The notes under the pieces are model-generated. The model did not search any database. It was not told the origin of the DNA and saw only the letters and a program-made list of their open reading frames with translations. DNA of 63,876 nucleotides, counting the filler, from Craspedostauros australis (lineage: Eukaryota): assembly GCA_030167865.1 (NCBI GenBank). It is 7 parts of 7 records of this genome, joined end to end, with 100 filler letters (N's around TTAATTAATTAA, not from the genome) between each part and the next. Parts side by side here need not be neighbours in the genome. Positions count along the whole stretch, not along the records: positions 1,299 to 26,138 come from JALAGF010001442.1; 6 more parts are not named here. The stretch is one strand, 5' to 3'. This document shows, one piece after another, positions 10,511-23,000 of this stretch (position 1 is the first letter of the stretch; each line of letters begins with the position of its first letter). The position numbers were made by a program, and so were the translations under genes.

Positions 10511-11773
10511 TCACCGAATGATTCCCCAACGACGCAGCGCTTTGCGCATCCGACTGCTCTTTCCTTTGCCGCGTTTTTGCGGCTGCGATGGTGACGACGG
10601 CGAGAGTGATGACGGTGCTGACTTTTGATTGCATCCAATCTTGCGCTTCTTGGGGAACGGCATCCTTCGCTTCTTGCCGCTGTGCATGAATTGGGCGAAC
10701 CGTTCCTCCTGCTCCTGTTGCTCAACGCGGAATGAATCGATGAGCTCATCCAATTCGCGGGAGTATTGGTCGCAGCTGTCCACCGTCGCACTCGTCCTTT
10801 CGCTGTCACCCTTTCTGGAGTCTCGCTTGGTCTTCTTTGCATTGCGGTTGTTCACTCCATCGCCCCAAAATGTAAATGTGTGCTTGTGCGAAGAGTCGTT
10901 CGACTGGCCGCTGACAGCCACGGCATCGTTGCTACTGTCACTCTTGTCATCGTCATCATCTTCGCTGTCCCATGTCAGCGACATCGGCGACAAAGACAGC
11001 AAGTCCGCATCCATGGATGAATCCATCGTTGCGGAAGTGCGCGGCGACGACGTCGATGCGTTATCACAGCTGTCGTAGTTGCGGAAGGATCGGAGGGTTA
11101 TCTGCTGCTGCCGCAGCTGGGTGAGCTGGCGTTGCCGAGCCATGACGTTCCAGATGGTGTGCTCGAGCTCACGTTGGATCTTGTTGGCCTGGTACGGCAT
11201 GCACTGCAGGTCGTTGACGAAGTCGTACCCCGCCATGCTGCAAAGCTGCTCTCCGTCGATCTTGTGCTTTTGGAAGACGGGGACGAGCGTCGCCATGCCG
11301 ATCTGGGTCAACCAGAATGACACGTCCGGCACAGAAAACTGTTGCGGGGGCAGTAGCATCGTGGGCGCGTTGCGCGGCGGCTGCTTCATGATCCATTGAG
11401 GTGCTTGATTCTGGGAGCCAGGCCAGAGGTTGGCTGGTTGCGGTTCTCCTGTCAGTGAAGCCTTCGTCGCTGACGCGACCCTCATCAAAGCGGGAGGGGA
11501 CGAAACAGGCGAAGACAGTGGTGGGGGTGGTGAAGATGACTTCGAGCGTGGAGGAGGTGATGGTTCGTTTGCCATCTGTGCTGGTCTTTCATCACCGCAC
11601 GAGTAGTCGTGACGATCATCGTCGCCATCATGTCCGAGCATACTCATACTCGCACGCACATGTCTCTCAACAGCCCAACTATGGCTGCTGTTCGTGTTGC
11701 TGATCGACTCCATTTTGCAAGCTTTTCTCGAAGGGTATGTTCGCATTCGGCAAGGTTTGGAACTATGAGGCAT
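10511..11773 (-). CDS. SAM (sterile alpha motif) domain protein
   Basis: FSVPDVSFWLTQIGM...FQKHKIDGEQLCSM...DL...QANKIQREL fits the SAM consensus, within low-complexity flanks. Start codon uncertain. Confidence 0.75.
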   Translation of the reverse strand: MPHSSKPCRMRTYPSRKACKMESISNTNSSHSWAVERHVRASMSMLGHDGDDDRHDYSCGDERPAQMANEPSPPPRSKSSSPPPPLSSPVSSPPALMRVASATKASLTGEPQPANLWPGSQNQAPQWIMKQPPRNAPTMLLPPQQFSVPDVSFWLTQIGMATLVPVFQKHKIDGEQLCSMAGYDFVNDLQCMPYQANKIQRELEHTIWNVMARQRQLTQLRQQQITLRSFRNYDSCDNASTSSPRTSATMDSSMDADLLSLSPMSLTWDSEDDDDDKSDSSNDAVAVSGQSNDSSHKHTFTFWGDGVNNRNAKKTKRDSRKGDSERTSATVDSCDQYSRELDELIDSFRVEQQEQEERFAQFMHSGKKRRMPFPKKRKIGCNQKSAPSSLSPSSPSQPQKRGKGKSSRMRKALRRWGIIR

Positions 11774-13119
11774 TCCCGTTGGCGAGGACGGATAAGATCT
11801 TGCTTGGCACTCAACGACTACTCGTGTGGTGCTTCTGCTGCTTGCGTGTCTGTGTGTGTGTGTATAGATCTTTGTGTTTTCGATCTGCGATGCTGATGTC
11901 TGTTGCGAATACGAAGCGTGATACTCGCACAAGGAGTCGCTATCCGTTGGGAATCGTTCAATTGCCTACCACACAAGTATGAGCATGGGCATGGCCAGGC
12001 TGGGAGGTGCATGGAAGGGAGAAAATGCCACATGCATGCAGCTTATCCGTGGGGTTGGCTTGGACGATGATCGCATTTGCAAAGTGATGGTGCGTGCACC
12101 CTGCCATGATCATTCGCACATGAGGCACAAGGAGGACACATGATGTGGTTGTGTGATGCCCACAAAGTGCTGCTGTTCTTGATTCCATGTTGGAGTTGGA
12201 GCACTCAGCTGTCCTTGTTGACTCTTCATGTCCATCGACATTCTCGTTTGATCGGTTTGATTTTTCGTGTGCTTTGTTGATTCCCGTCTTCACCGGGCCG
12301 TGTTTGGCACATGAATGGAGGTGGTAAATGCTTGGGTGACTTGATGAATGCACAGCCGATACCTCACCCCGGTGATGTCCACCCTCTTGTGTCATCATCG
12401 CTCGTTGCCCCAACTTCGATCATGTCGCAGATCGTCTTGGTGCGTGTAATCGGAAGGCGACAAAATTGGGATGATTCCTGTTGCTCCTAATTTTCGCCGC
12501 CACCACACAACAAAGAGAGAAGGAAAACAGAACTGTTTTGTGTGGACTCAATCGTGGAGAATGCCGGCTGGCGTGATAAATCCGACGTGACTCGACAGAT
12601 GTGCCGGCGTTCTGACCACATGAAGAATGGATCCGAAACCACATGAATTGATGACATGGACAGACTGAAAATATGTTATCTATATTGGGTGTTGTGGCAG
12701 TCGTCCTGGTCATGCAAGCGCATTCTCGAAAAAAGGAGAACAGACTTCGCCTTGCGACAAGCACGCAACAACAACCGCAACAATTGCGACAACTGTGACA
12801 AACGCATCATCCGGCCACAGAGCAACAGACGAGAGAAGGAAGGCAAAGCAACCCACAAGAACAAGGAAGAAGGTGACAAGTGCGACGACCATGCCAGATC
12901 GTATGATGTAGGAAGACGGGAGATTGTCGATCGGCCTACATACTCTACTTCGCCAAGAAAGCGACCGAGCCAAGCAAGCGAACGGAGGAAAGCCGTACAA
13001 ACGTTCGTCCGGCTGCATGATCGGCGGCCTCCTCCGCAAGTTGTGATTTGGCTTCCACCTGTCGCAACACTCTGGAGTGCTCTCCACTCTATTGCATCGA
13101 GCTCAGATCCAGAAAAGCG

Positions 13120-14937
13120 ATGGACGAACGATCACGGAAATCCGAGCTGCAGAAGAGCGGCGCAACACCATCGTCTCCTGCAAATCGCAATGGATTCAAA
13201 CTGTGGAGAAGGCATGCGCGTTGGCTGGTGCCAGCCGTGTGGATTGGGATGGTCTACGGTTTCCACCAGGGAACTTTTCAGACCATCACCCAATCACGCG
13301 ACGAACTACAAGGCGAAGACATGGACGCGCCCTTCTCTCCTCAGTCGTCATGGCACGTCCATTTGCACGAGGATGATGGTGCATCCGATGATGGTGGTGA
13401 CGATACCGGCCATGCCGACCTACTCCGGAAACCATCGTCGTCGATGATGTCGTCGTCGTCGTCGTCGCTCACAGGATCATCTAAGCAGATATCGCAGCAA
13501 CAAATATCCCTGCCATCCTGCAACAGGCGATGCGAAGATCATCCGCACAAGATTTACTACCTGTACCACCCCACACAAGGAGCAGGACTGAGAGATCGCG
13601 GGACCAAGTTCCATCGTCTGCTGAACATCGCCGGTTTCCTGTGTGCGACGGTGCATGCAGTAAAGCCGCACCTGCTGTTATCCGCGGAGCACAACCAGAA
13701 CCAATCCATATCGCCGCGGCTCAGTTGGGATGACTTCTGGAATTTCACATTCGTGGGGACCGACGGTGAGAAGTCCTTTTTCGATGTCAATGCGTTGCCC
13801 TCCTCCGATCAACTCCGCAATACATCCAAGAGCATGCGCCATTCGTTGGCAGCGACATCGATGGCGATATCGAGTGAATCTGCTCCACGGTTGTTGGATT
13901 ACAAGAGATGGTACGAGCATGACGATGCACGAACGGGGCGTTGGAATACCACGTTCCTCGTCACCTCGGATGCGAAGAAGGTGATCGAATCGTTCAATGC
14001 TGCAGAAAGGATCTCGTTTCAATCCGACAAGCACGAACATGAGCATCAGCAACCGAGGCACCGCTTCGTTTGGTTCATCACGGCCAACTACTACCACATG
14101 CGACACAAGCTGCAGAAGAGCTTTCAGAAGCGCGTGTCAAATCCCGACCACCCATTCTACGACCCGTACTACAAGCAGGGTGCGCTAGACTTGCCCTTGG
14201 ACGATGTGCATTGCCCGTATTACAACGACGGCCGCACAAAGATTCCGAACCTCATGCAGGAAGTGATCGATTCCATTCAAAATGACATCTGGTCCGGTGG
14301 CCGTGCTGAGAATCGAGCCGCGGATGGCACCAACGACCTCGGCGACGTTTCACGCGAGTATGAGGGCGACCAGCACAATAGTCGCACCGAGCGGCATGAA
14401 CGGCAATCTCAGCACAAATACGATACAAAACCAAAGTTGATCTTCTTCCACATCCGACGTGCGGATACGCAAGATCAATGTAACACGACCTTGCCACGAG
14501 TTCACTCCTTCCTGAACTGCACGTTTGGGATTGAGGTGAAGAATGATGGCACAGCACATGTACCCTCTGCGAAACGAGTCATCGCTCCTGTCAGCAACCA
14601 CCCACCAGTGGTCGTGCTTTTCGCGAGCGATGAACGTGACGAAACGTATCGTGAAGCGGTGCTACGCATGCTAAACGAGAATCCGCATGTGCGATCGGCA
14701 TATGACGTGGATGCGTTGGTGTGGGCACACATGAGGGAAGTCCTCCTGCGCCATCATGATGCAAAGGAGCATCTCATGAACAACATGTACCGTTTCGGGA
14801 TTCTGCTCAACTTGCAAATTGCAACAGCGGATGGATCGATCCAACTGCGGCGCACTTACTGCGAGGACTGCGTCCCCAACTTTCTGGAGGACTTGTACGG
14901 GCACGAAGATGGCAGGTACAGACTTGTACATCCATGA
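13120..14937 (+). CDS. Type II membrane protein, glycosyltransferase-like (fucosyltransferase-like GT-B fold)
   Basis: Single N-terminal TM (WLVPAVWIGMVYGF) and a stem region, then GAGLRDR, FFHIRRAD (HxRRxD-like) and VLFASDE motifs. Confidence 0.65.
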   Translation: MDERSRKSELQKSGATPSSPANRNGFKLWRRHARWLVPAVWIGMVYGFHQGTFQTITQSRDELQGEDMDAPFSPQSSWHVHLHEDDGASDDGGDDTGHADLLRKPSSSMMSSSSSSLTGSSKQISQQQISLPSCNRRCEDHPHKIYYLYHPTQGAGLRDRGTKFHRLLNIAGFLCATVHAVKPHLLLSAEHNQNQSISPRLSWDDFWNFTFVGTDGEKSFFDVNALPSSDQLRNTSKSMRHSLAATSMAISSESAPRLLDYKRWYEHDDARTGRWNTTFLVTSDAKKVIESFNAAERISFQSDKHEHEHQQPRHRFVWFITANYYHMRHKLQKSFQKRVSNPDHPFYDPYYKQGALDLPLDDVHCPYYNDGRTKIPNLMQEVIDSIQNDIWSGGRAENRAADGTNDLGDVSREYEGDQHNSRTERHERQSQHKYDTKPKLIFFHIRRADTQDQCNTTLPRVHSFLNCTFGIEVKNDGTAHVPSAKRVIAPVSNHPPVVVLFASDERDETYREAVLRMLNENPHVRSAYDVDALVWAHMREVLLRHHDAKEHLMNNMYRFGILLNLQIATADGSIQLRRTYCEDCVPNFLEDLYGHEDGRYRLVHP

Positions 14938-17297
14938 GCAAGAGCAAACTGTCACGGGAGGTGGCGGAAGTGGTGTATGTTGGTGGAATGCTTCTTTCCG
15001 CATAAAGAGAAGACTATGAAGCACAGCGAAATGAGTGCTCAACGAGTATTGGTCCGAGTCTGAGTGCAATGCTCCGAACAAGTCAGTTGTCAGCACGTTG
15101 TATATTCGTAGCCGTACTATCATGTGCCGGAAGTGTGGAGGTATACCAGCAGAGCACTCGTAGGTGCTATTCTACTCTACACACGAGTACGCTGTTCAGG
15201 ATTCGATACGGGCGTTGACGTAAAGTGTGCACTGTGAGTACTCGTATTTGGGTGTCACAACTAATTGACGCAACGGTTCGAGATATGACACCGGCTCCTC
15301 CGCGAGTGTGATGTCATGGCTGTCCGCAACGATAGGTGCATGGAGACAGTCTCTGATCCGTCATCATCGAAAAGCAGTGATCATCCCAGTCCACGTCGAC
15401 CAACGAGCAAGGAGAAGCTATGTGGTCTTACGAACTGCAGTTCGCTCCACCTCGCCTCCGTCTTTGTGTCGCGTGGTACGTACATACTTCTGTGGTGGTA
15501 CAGATCTCCATTTGCTCCTCGCAATGACGTCTTTGGATGCTCTGCTGTGCAACGTGGTGTGTACTCGTGGTCCTGAGCTGTCGTCGGGATGTCGAGTGGT
15601 GAGGTCGGGAAAGTGAGCGGCAACGGAGTGGAAGAGGATAACAAGAAGAGCAGCGATACAAATGCGCGTCGACTTAGTAGTAGCGGTTTGGACTGGCTGA
15701 CTTTCACACAAGAAGCATCTTTGGGATACATGTGATACTTGTACGAATAATGCCCTGAGTTGGTGGTATCCGCGTTTCATCTATCGATGAACAACTATGC
15801 GCTGCACCTCAACGTCGACTCCTGATCGTGAGCATCGAGATCCATCGCGGTATCACAGAGAAATAGAGCACTCGCTGTTGAACCACGAATTGTGAACGTG
15901 GCGCGACAGCCTACGAGTTTGTTGTATCGCAAGTTTCGTCTTTCGCGTGCACGCTGCATGAGGCGTCTTCTTTCGTTCACCGCATCGACCCTTGTACTTG
16001 TACGGAGAATCCAACAAAAGGGCACAAACAAAACACGATGTGAGTGTTCTACCTGGCCTCCGAAACGAGGCGGTGTGGTATCAGTCCATCGCAGCGGCTC
16101 GCTTTTGTTGCGATGTGAAGCATTTGGATGCTTCATGTTTCATTGTGCCATCAATGTTCAAGCTGCGAGCTACGAGCTGGGATCAACAAGCTGATTGGCG
16201 CAGTTCGCACTTGGTCGTACACACCCCAGAAACCTATGCAGACGTGGTCGCAGCGGCTGTTGATGGTACTTTCGCTCCGCTGTTCCGCTCGTCATGTCCA
16301 ATGGTCCGATGTCATGTGGCTGTGGGAGACACAGTACGAGCACTCACGAGCTATCCTGGTGGCGACAAGAGTGCATCACTGTCCCATTTCCCGCATGTCA
16401 CGCAAGCACAATATTGCGCACTCCTTCTCTCAATAAAGTTCCAGCCTCCACATTCAAACCATACCGCTCGAAGAGCTGAAATCTTGTTGATCGGTGTAGT
16501 ACGAGTGCTCTGTGCACGGGTAGGACTGAGACGGTTCACAATGACGAGCGTGAAGTTGTCGCTGCGGATGGAACTGTCTAAATGGTTCGATCCTGTTCCA
16601 CTGTTGTCGCTGTTGGCAACGAACAACGAGATCAGTGGTGGCAGCCGAAACGACAGGTGAAGAATATGACGTGTCTCCATCGCCACTTACGGTGCTGCGA
16701 AAGGGGTATTCAAGGGCGTTCCTCTCGAAATTATTCGCTGGTACTGGCGACAAACCTACACATAGTCAAGGGAACAACAGCCAAGATTCTCCGGTTTCTG
16801 TGTATGTGCCGTCTCAGTACCTTGTGCACTTGTGTCCTTGTGGGAGTACCGAGTTGCTAATTGACGTGTCCAGGAAGTGGGTTCGCGCCCGGTATCTGCT
16901 CTTCTGTCTTGACACCCTCGGATGAAGGGAACGTCTGAACATGAACATTTCCCTTATGTGGAGAGACGAGCGACGCTTTCAACTCACATGCCGAGACATA
17001 TCAGGGACCTCATGAATACGCACACACAGGCACACGCAAGAATGAACGCATACATCCATGACAAGCGCGGAAGTCCATGATCGAACAATCAAGCAAGCGA
17101 TCCATCAACCACAGACACCATCCCACTCATAAAAACTGGCCAAGCCACACTCCAGCAACATCCAACTCCAAGCAGACGCACTCCAAAACCATCACAATCC
17201 AAAGCGGCAAGCAAAGCAGAGACAAAGACGGCACGTCCAAAACCAACGTAACGCAAGGTCAACGCCCCGCAAACAAACGCACACGCACACATACACC

Positions 17298-17489
17298 ATG
17301 AAGATGAACCACGCGACCGACGAATACACCCATTGCGACACGCTCACAAGCTCCACCGACTACCTGTCGCTGCAATCATCTCTCGCACAGCCTGCGACGA
17401 GGCAACTGCAGCCGCTCTCCACGCAGCAGCTGAATGAGCTGGACCTGTTCGATATTCTGAACGAGGTGCTATCCATCGTACAGGAGTGA
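17298..17489 (+). CDS. Putative small protein (63 aa)
   Basis: ACC-ATG after a CA-rich leader like those of neighbouring real genes, and an amphipathic C-terminal helix (LDLFDILNEVLSIV). Confidence 0.4.
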   Translation: MKMNHATDEYTHCDTLTSSTDYLSLQSSLAQPATRQLQPLSTQQLNELDLFDILNEVLSIVQE

Positions 17490-18264
17490 AGAGAACGACT
17501 GCATTGAGCCCCAAAGCCAGCACGCCAGATGGTAGAGCACCATTGGATGATTGGCTTCATCAAGGGGAGAGCCTCAGCGCAAGCAAATGGACATAGAGTC
17601 GTGAGACTGTAAATACACGGTATTATAGACCACATTGCATGAAGCACACAACTCTACTCTGCCATACGTTGCAATATCAATAATTCATAGCGTAGATCAT
17701 GTTGCTTGGTTTGCTCCAGAGGAAAGCAGGCTGGGCTGTTTCGCAGCACCCACAGGCAACGGCAGGGTTGGATGCCTTTCTTCTGTGAGCGTCGCATCGC
17801 CAGGATCCGCTTCATCTATCTTCAAGGATGTCGTCATGGTGTCATTTGCGACATTCCAGGGTACGTGGTAATATATGAAATTGTCCAAATATAGAAACAT
17901 CATTTCACACTTTTCAGCATCGCGGCCCTTCTATCTTCGAGGCGAGTAGGCGAGAGTGCCTTTCTCTCTCTCTGCTAGAGGAGCAAGGAGCGCACGAATC
18001 TATCGCTGCTTGTGTTCATGCCTTGCCGCCTACACTTCCACTCTTTGCTGAACGTGCTCGTGGAGCATGACACCTCCAGTGCGAGCAAGAGGATATCGCG
18101 AAGTGAGATGCCCCCGTGCATCAGGCACCTCTCACATATGCATTCCAAGACAAGACAACCAACACTAAAACAGAACTTGCACCATACCACACCATACTAT
18201 TCTACATGCTCTACGCCGCACGTGCAATACAGCAGCGTGTCTATCGTAGTGTGAAGTTCTATCA

Positions 18265-20046
18265 TTATTGCGCGGGTGGCGCGTAGAGCGGCGTGGGGGC
18301 GCCTTGCCAGGTCGATTTCTTCTTTGGTTTCGCGGACGAAACATGTTCCGTGTACTCCACCTGCTGCCACTTGTCGGAAGGGTTCTGCGGTGTGTTGTTG
18401 TTGGCGTTGAGATGGATCGACGAGGTCTGCTTCGTTGGCGAGGTGTGATGCAGCGGGGCCGGCATGTGGCTCATGGAGTGACCGCGGGCTCTTCGGCGGC
18501 CGGATGGCTGTTGCGCGTCGGCGTTGCCCTTCGAGTCCTTGTGGAAGAGGGAACGCAAGGAACGGCGCACGCTGTTGGAGCGCTTGGCATTGGACAAACG
18601 CGTTGGCGTCTTGCTGCGAGATCTGCGTTGCGCAGTGTTATCCGGAGACTTCTGCTGTTGTTGCTGCTGCGCGTGGTCCTCCGTCGACTGAGAGACCATG
18701 TCTGCAGAAGCACGGCGATTGCGTCGTTCCGGAGAGAAGAGCTTGAGAACGCGGCGGGTGGACGAGGGCGATTTTGGCATGGGCGCGATGGGGGGATGTT
18801 CCTTCGTCTTCTTTTTCTTCGGCTTGGCGTTCCCGTACGGTTGGGAACGCATGTGGCTGCTGTTGCCATTGCCTGCGGGGTGGTGATGGTGGCCTGGGCT
18901 GTCGTCAAAGGTGGGACTCTCTCCGGTGACTTCGGAGGAGGTGGTCCTCGTGTTGTTGGAGAGCGATTTGGACGAGACGCGGATGTTGCTGGTGGGGCTG
19001 GGAACGCTCTTGTTGGAGATGACCTGCTTGGACGCGGACGGCGACATGGGGACTTGTTGGTTGTTGCTGTTGTTCTGCTGCTGCTGATTCATGGCATCCT
19101 GCTCCAATGGAACGTCCCCGTTCTGGTTCGGCTCGCCGTTCTCCGACAAGAAGTGCTTGACATCCTCCGGAACGTCGTCGACCTGGTACCCGAACAGCGT
19201 GGGATTATTCGGACCCTGCGACGGCTTGCGCTTGAGCCATTCGAGGGCGGGATCCTCTAGCCCCAGCGCGGAGATCTGCCTCATGAGCGATCGCTGGTGC
19301 GGCGTGGGGGAGATGACGGTGTTGGAGAAGTCGGGGGTTTTCTTGGCGGCCGGTTGCTGGCGCTTGTTGGCGGTGGGGTTGCCGCGCCTGGCGGACTGCT
19401 GCATGAGCTGCAGCTGGGAGACCTTCTTGTCGCTGTCTGCGGAGGCGCTGATGTTGGAGGTGCCGCTGACGTTGTTGCTGGGCACGCGGCGCTCCGATCG
19501 CTGTCCATTGAGCATGCTGGGCGGCTGGAAGGCCGTGGCGCTGTCCGAGATGGTTCTGGGAGGCGTCACGCGGCGCTTGCTGCTGCTGCTGCCGGCCATG
19601 GCGCTCTCGAGCGGGTTGTTCCATGACTGGCACTGTCGCACGGTGTTGGCCTTGAGGACCTTGTTGCGCTTCTTGGTGCCATCGGCGTTGGTGGTGGTGG
19701 CAGTGCTGGAAGCGAGCATGCCCGTGGGTCCCAATCCAGAAGGCATGAAGCCGTGCTCCATCCTGGCGCCAAATTTCTTGGTGGGGTTGGCGAAGCAGCT
19801 CTCCGCAGGCGCCGTCACGTGTCTGCTGCTGGTGCCTCCGGAGATGGGGCCAAGTCCAACACCAACACTGCAGCCGTCCTGCCGCTGTTGCTGCTGCTTG
19901 GTGGGAAGGCGGCTCCTGCTCTTCACGCTGGTGTTGCGGATGGCCGGTGGTCCCGCCTTGCCCGTCATCTTCCTCGGTCGCATCCTCGTCGTCTTGGTGG
20001 CGACATCGTCCTGCGCTTCTGTTGGGTGGCCCGCCATTGTGGACAT
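18265..20046 (-). CDS. Hypothetical low-complexity / disordered protein
   Basis: 593-aa ORF with strong third-position GC bias, S/Q/P/R-rich, and one structured-looking motif (RSLMRQISALGLEDP). Confidence 0.7.
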   Translation of the reverse strand: MSTMAGHPTEAQDDVATKTTRMRPRKMTGKAGPPAIRNTSVKSRSRLPTKQQQQRQDGCSVGVGLGPISGGTSSRHVTAPAESCFANPTKKFGARMEHGFMPSGLGPTGMLASSTATTTNADGTKKRNKVLKANTVRQCQSWNNPLESAMAGSSSSKRRVTPPRTISDSATAFQPPSMLNGQRSERRVPSNNVSGTSNISASADSDKKVSQLQLMQQSARRGNPTANKRQQPAAKKTPDFSNTVISPTPHQRSLMRQISALGLEDPALEWLKRKPSQGPNNPTLFGYQVDDVPEDVKHFLSENGEPNQNGDVPLEQDAMNQQQQNNSNNQQVPMSPSASKQVISNKSVPSPTSNIRVSSKSLSNNTRTTSSEVTGESPTFDDSPGHHHHPAGNGNSSHMRSQPYGNAKPKKKKTKEHPPIAPMPKSPSSTRRVLKLFSPERRNRRASADMVSQSTEDHAQQQQQQKSPDNTAQRRSRSKTPTRLSNAKRSNSVRRSLRSLFHKDSKGNADAQQPSGRRRARGHSMSHMPAPLHHTSPTKQTSSIHLNANNNTPQNPSDKWQQVEYTEHVSSAKPKKKSTWQGAPTPLYAPPAQ

Positions 20047-23000
20047 GTGTACAGTGCTCGTATTGGTAATGCTATCGATATGGGTGGAGCACGTCTATGG
20101 TACTACCAATAGTATGGGACTTGTATGATGCTCCGTTGATTGCCTGCTGTACCTTCGCCTTGCGTCGGATTATACTCTGGATGCAGATGACGGCGCTTGT
20201 GCGAAAGTGGAGAAACTCGAGCTGGTGGTCTGTCTGCTCTTTGGCTGTGCGGAGCGGCTGCAGTTGATCGATTCCCTGTTTGTTCTGCGCGATCTGTCTG
20301 TGCTGTTCCGCGAAAATGGACTGATTGTCTCCTGGGTGTGGACCAACCGGCACTACCACAACACGCGAGCTCAAACACACACGAAAATGGGGCGCTTTCT
20401 TCCTTGTCGCTCCTTCCCTGATCGTAGAACGGCTGATCACGATTACAATGGCAAAATTTGTTTGCCCTCTTGCTTTTGTCGCGACGATGATACAATGAAA
20501 GGAGCTTGGTGCCTCGATGGTGTTGTCGATGGTGTTGTCGATGTTGGAGTGAGTATAGTTGTAGTTGTGGTTGTGTGTCTCTGTCTCTCTTTGTCTGCTG
20601 CTGTCTATTCTTCTTGTCGGTGCGGTTCCTTTGCAACTTGTATGCTCGACATGTGCTGCCAATTCATCCACTCTCTCTGCGAATGTGCTGTTCGATGATG
20701 GCAACCGAGTGTGTTGCGACGCGATGTGATGGCGATTGTGTGGAAATGGTGCAAAATACGGGGCAAGACTGCATGGATTGTGCTGTTGTGTGTGGAACCA
20801 CAACCGCAGCCGGTGTGCTTCCCCTGATTCCAGCGCCTTCCCCACCGTTACTTTTGGTCTTGCTCCCAAGGCGTCGCCTTCCCTCCTTGGCGCAGTCTTT
20901 ACATGGGTCTTGCCTCCTCGTTGTCGCCCGCTTCAACCCACACAAAAAGCAAATCAAGGGACGCCAACAAGGGCAACAAGCAGGCATTTTGGCAACTACG
21001 CGGTTCGGTGCCTTGCGCCAAAAATGCCTGTCCAGAAACCGAGGAAACACCACCGGGCCGCGTATAAATGTGATCTTGCCTTGTCCGCTAAAATGAGCGA
21101 TCTCCTGCAACCAAACTGTCATTGTGACTTGCGAGCAAGACCAGCCATTCACGAGCAATAATACCACAGTCATCCGGCTAAGTGTCCTTCAATCGTGTGC
21201 GGAAATGCGTTGTACCATGATGCCAGTGGTACAAGCATGTGGAAGCAGCTTGCTGTTCATTCGCACCAAAGATACGGTCTCATTGGACTGCATCGATGTT
21301 TGGAAATTGACATGACATTCTTGGATCCACAGAAAAGTCGAGCCTGCGCAAGGATTGAGAAGGGAGAAATCAAATCAAATCGAATCAAGCACATCCATGG
21401 CCACAGACACAGACACAGAGGCAACCGGGTTCTGCGATGACAGAAAGGGACAGACACAGAACCTTGCCCGAGCACAACGCGGCCATCAACATCACGTTGC
21501 GAACTCGCTGCAACAACATCACAATCATGTCACGTGCTGGCGGAGGCGCCCCAAGAGAGCAACCAACCAACCAACACAACACAACGCACACGTGAAGAGA
21601 GGAGACCCACATCCACGACAAGGCATCAGCGTGAACGCACACAGGGGTGCATGCGATGTCCATCTGTGTTTATCAAGGGAGGCGGTGCTTGCTCGAACAC
21701 GGCTTTGGCTGCTCGGCATTGGTTGTACCTGGACACTTCGATGGACTTCACTCAGAAGTACGCAGGCACTCGTGCTCCACTCCCGCACGCCCTGTGCATT
21801 CTTGATGGCCCAGGTGTTCACGGTCCTTTCATCTCTTTCTCCCTCTGTCGGTCCCGATGCCGTTGCTGTTGACGTTGTTGTGGTCATAATTCTGGGGGAT
21901 AGATGCGTGCTGTTCTTGTGTTATCGTTGTTGCCGTTGCTGTTGTTTCTGCTGTTGCTCCTCTCCTTGTTGTTGTCGCTGCTGTTGTGGTTGCGGATCAG
22001 TTGCCATCTCTCTGTGGTGAACGGCCTATCTCGGAGGTTCTTCCATCCACGGTCGCAAGCAGCACAAAGAGAAGAGCTGATCGTAACATCGATGGATGAG
22101 AACATGCATGTGAAGCAGTTGATGGGGCCTTCGCCTTCTGTTTCTGTTGGGGGCGCGATGTGCCATCACTGTCGCTGACGCGGGCGACTTTCAGTTCGTG
22201 CTCAACGGGGTCTAAACACAGCACACTGGTTTGTCCACAATGGTCGTCCGAACTCTGTTCGTTTCTTTCGAACAATATTCGTCCGCGATTTTCTAAAGAA
22301 CATCACAGGCATCACTTAGTCGTGATTCACTGCATGCCGTCATCTAGTCTTCGTTTGTCAGTCTAACTTCCGTTTCATTTTCATCAAACTCTTCGTTCAA
22401 AAGGGATACTCTGATCAGATCTGTTCCACTGGAAAGTACTCTTAACTCACTTTCCGCTGTCACGGCTGACGTGGCGCCAACAGCCTACGCGAAGCGGCTA
22501 TGACCTCTGTCGTTATGTGTGTTTGGATGCGTTTCTGCTCTTGTTTCCATCACGCCACAAACACAAGAGAACCTTGCTCATTGGTTCGCAAAAGAGCCAT
22601 CTGTCTCGTAAACACAAACGCATGATCCTTCCTCATCTTTTGTTCTTTGCCCACGAATCGCATCGTTGCGTTGGGTGGGGAGGCAATCAAGATCTCCCCC
22701 ATTCAGGATTCAGATCATTACGGGTTGTCATCGGTGCTCCTGTGGTTCCATCTCAATTGGTCTTGCCTCCAACCTCTCGCGGTCTCGATTTGGCATGTTC
22801 CGCTTTGCCGTCAGCGACAACTATCCCCTCTATCTTGTGTTGCTGTCGCTTGCATTCACCCGTCTCTTGGTGTAACTTGTCCGGCCATGAGATTGATTCT
22901 CCTCTCGCATGATTCTGCTAACATGTTGGTGCAGTCGTCATGGTCGCTGGCAGTGTGCGACCTACATGATACGGCGTCATGGAGAAAGAGAAAGGGAGAG

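Noticed and set aside
15251..15292. GGTGTCA...GGTTCGA...TGACACC hairpin as a tRNA
   Set aside because: Only about 42 nt, with no T stem, D arm or anticodon arm.
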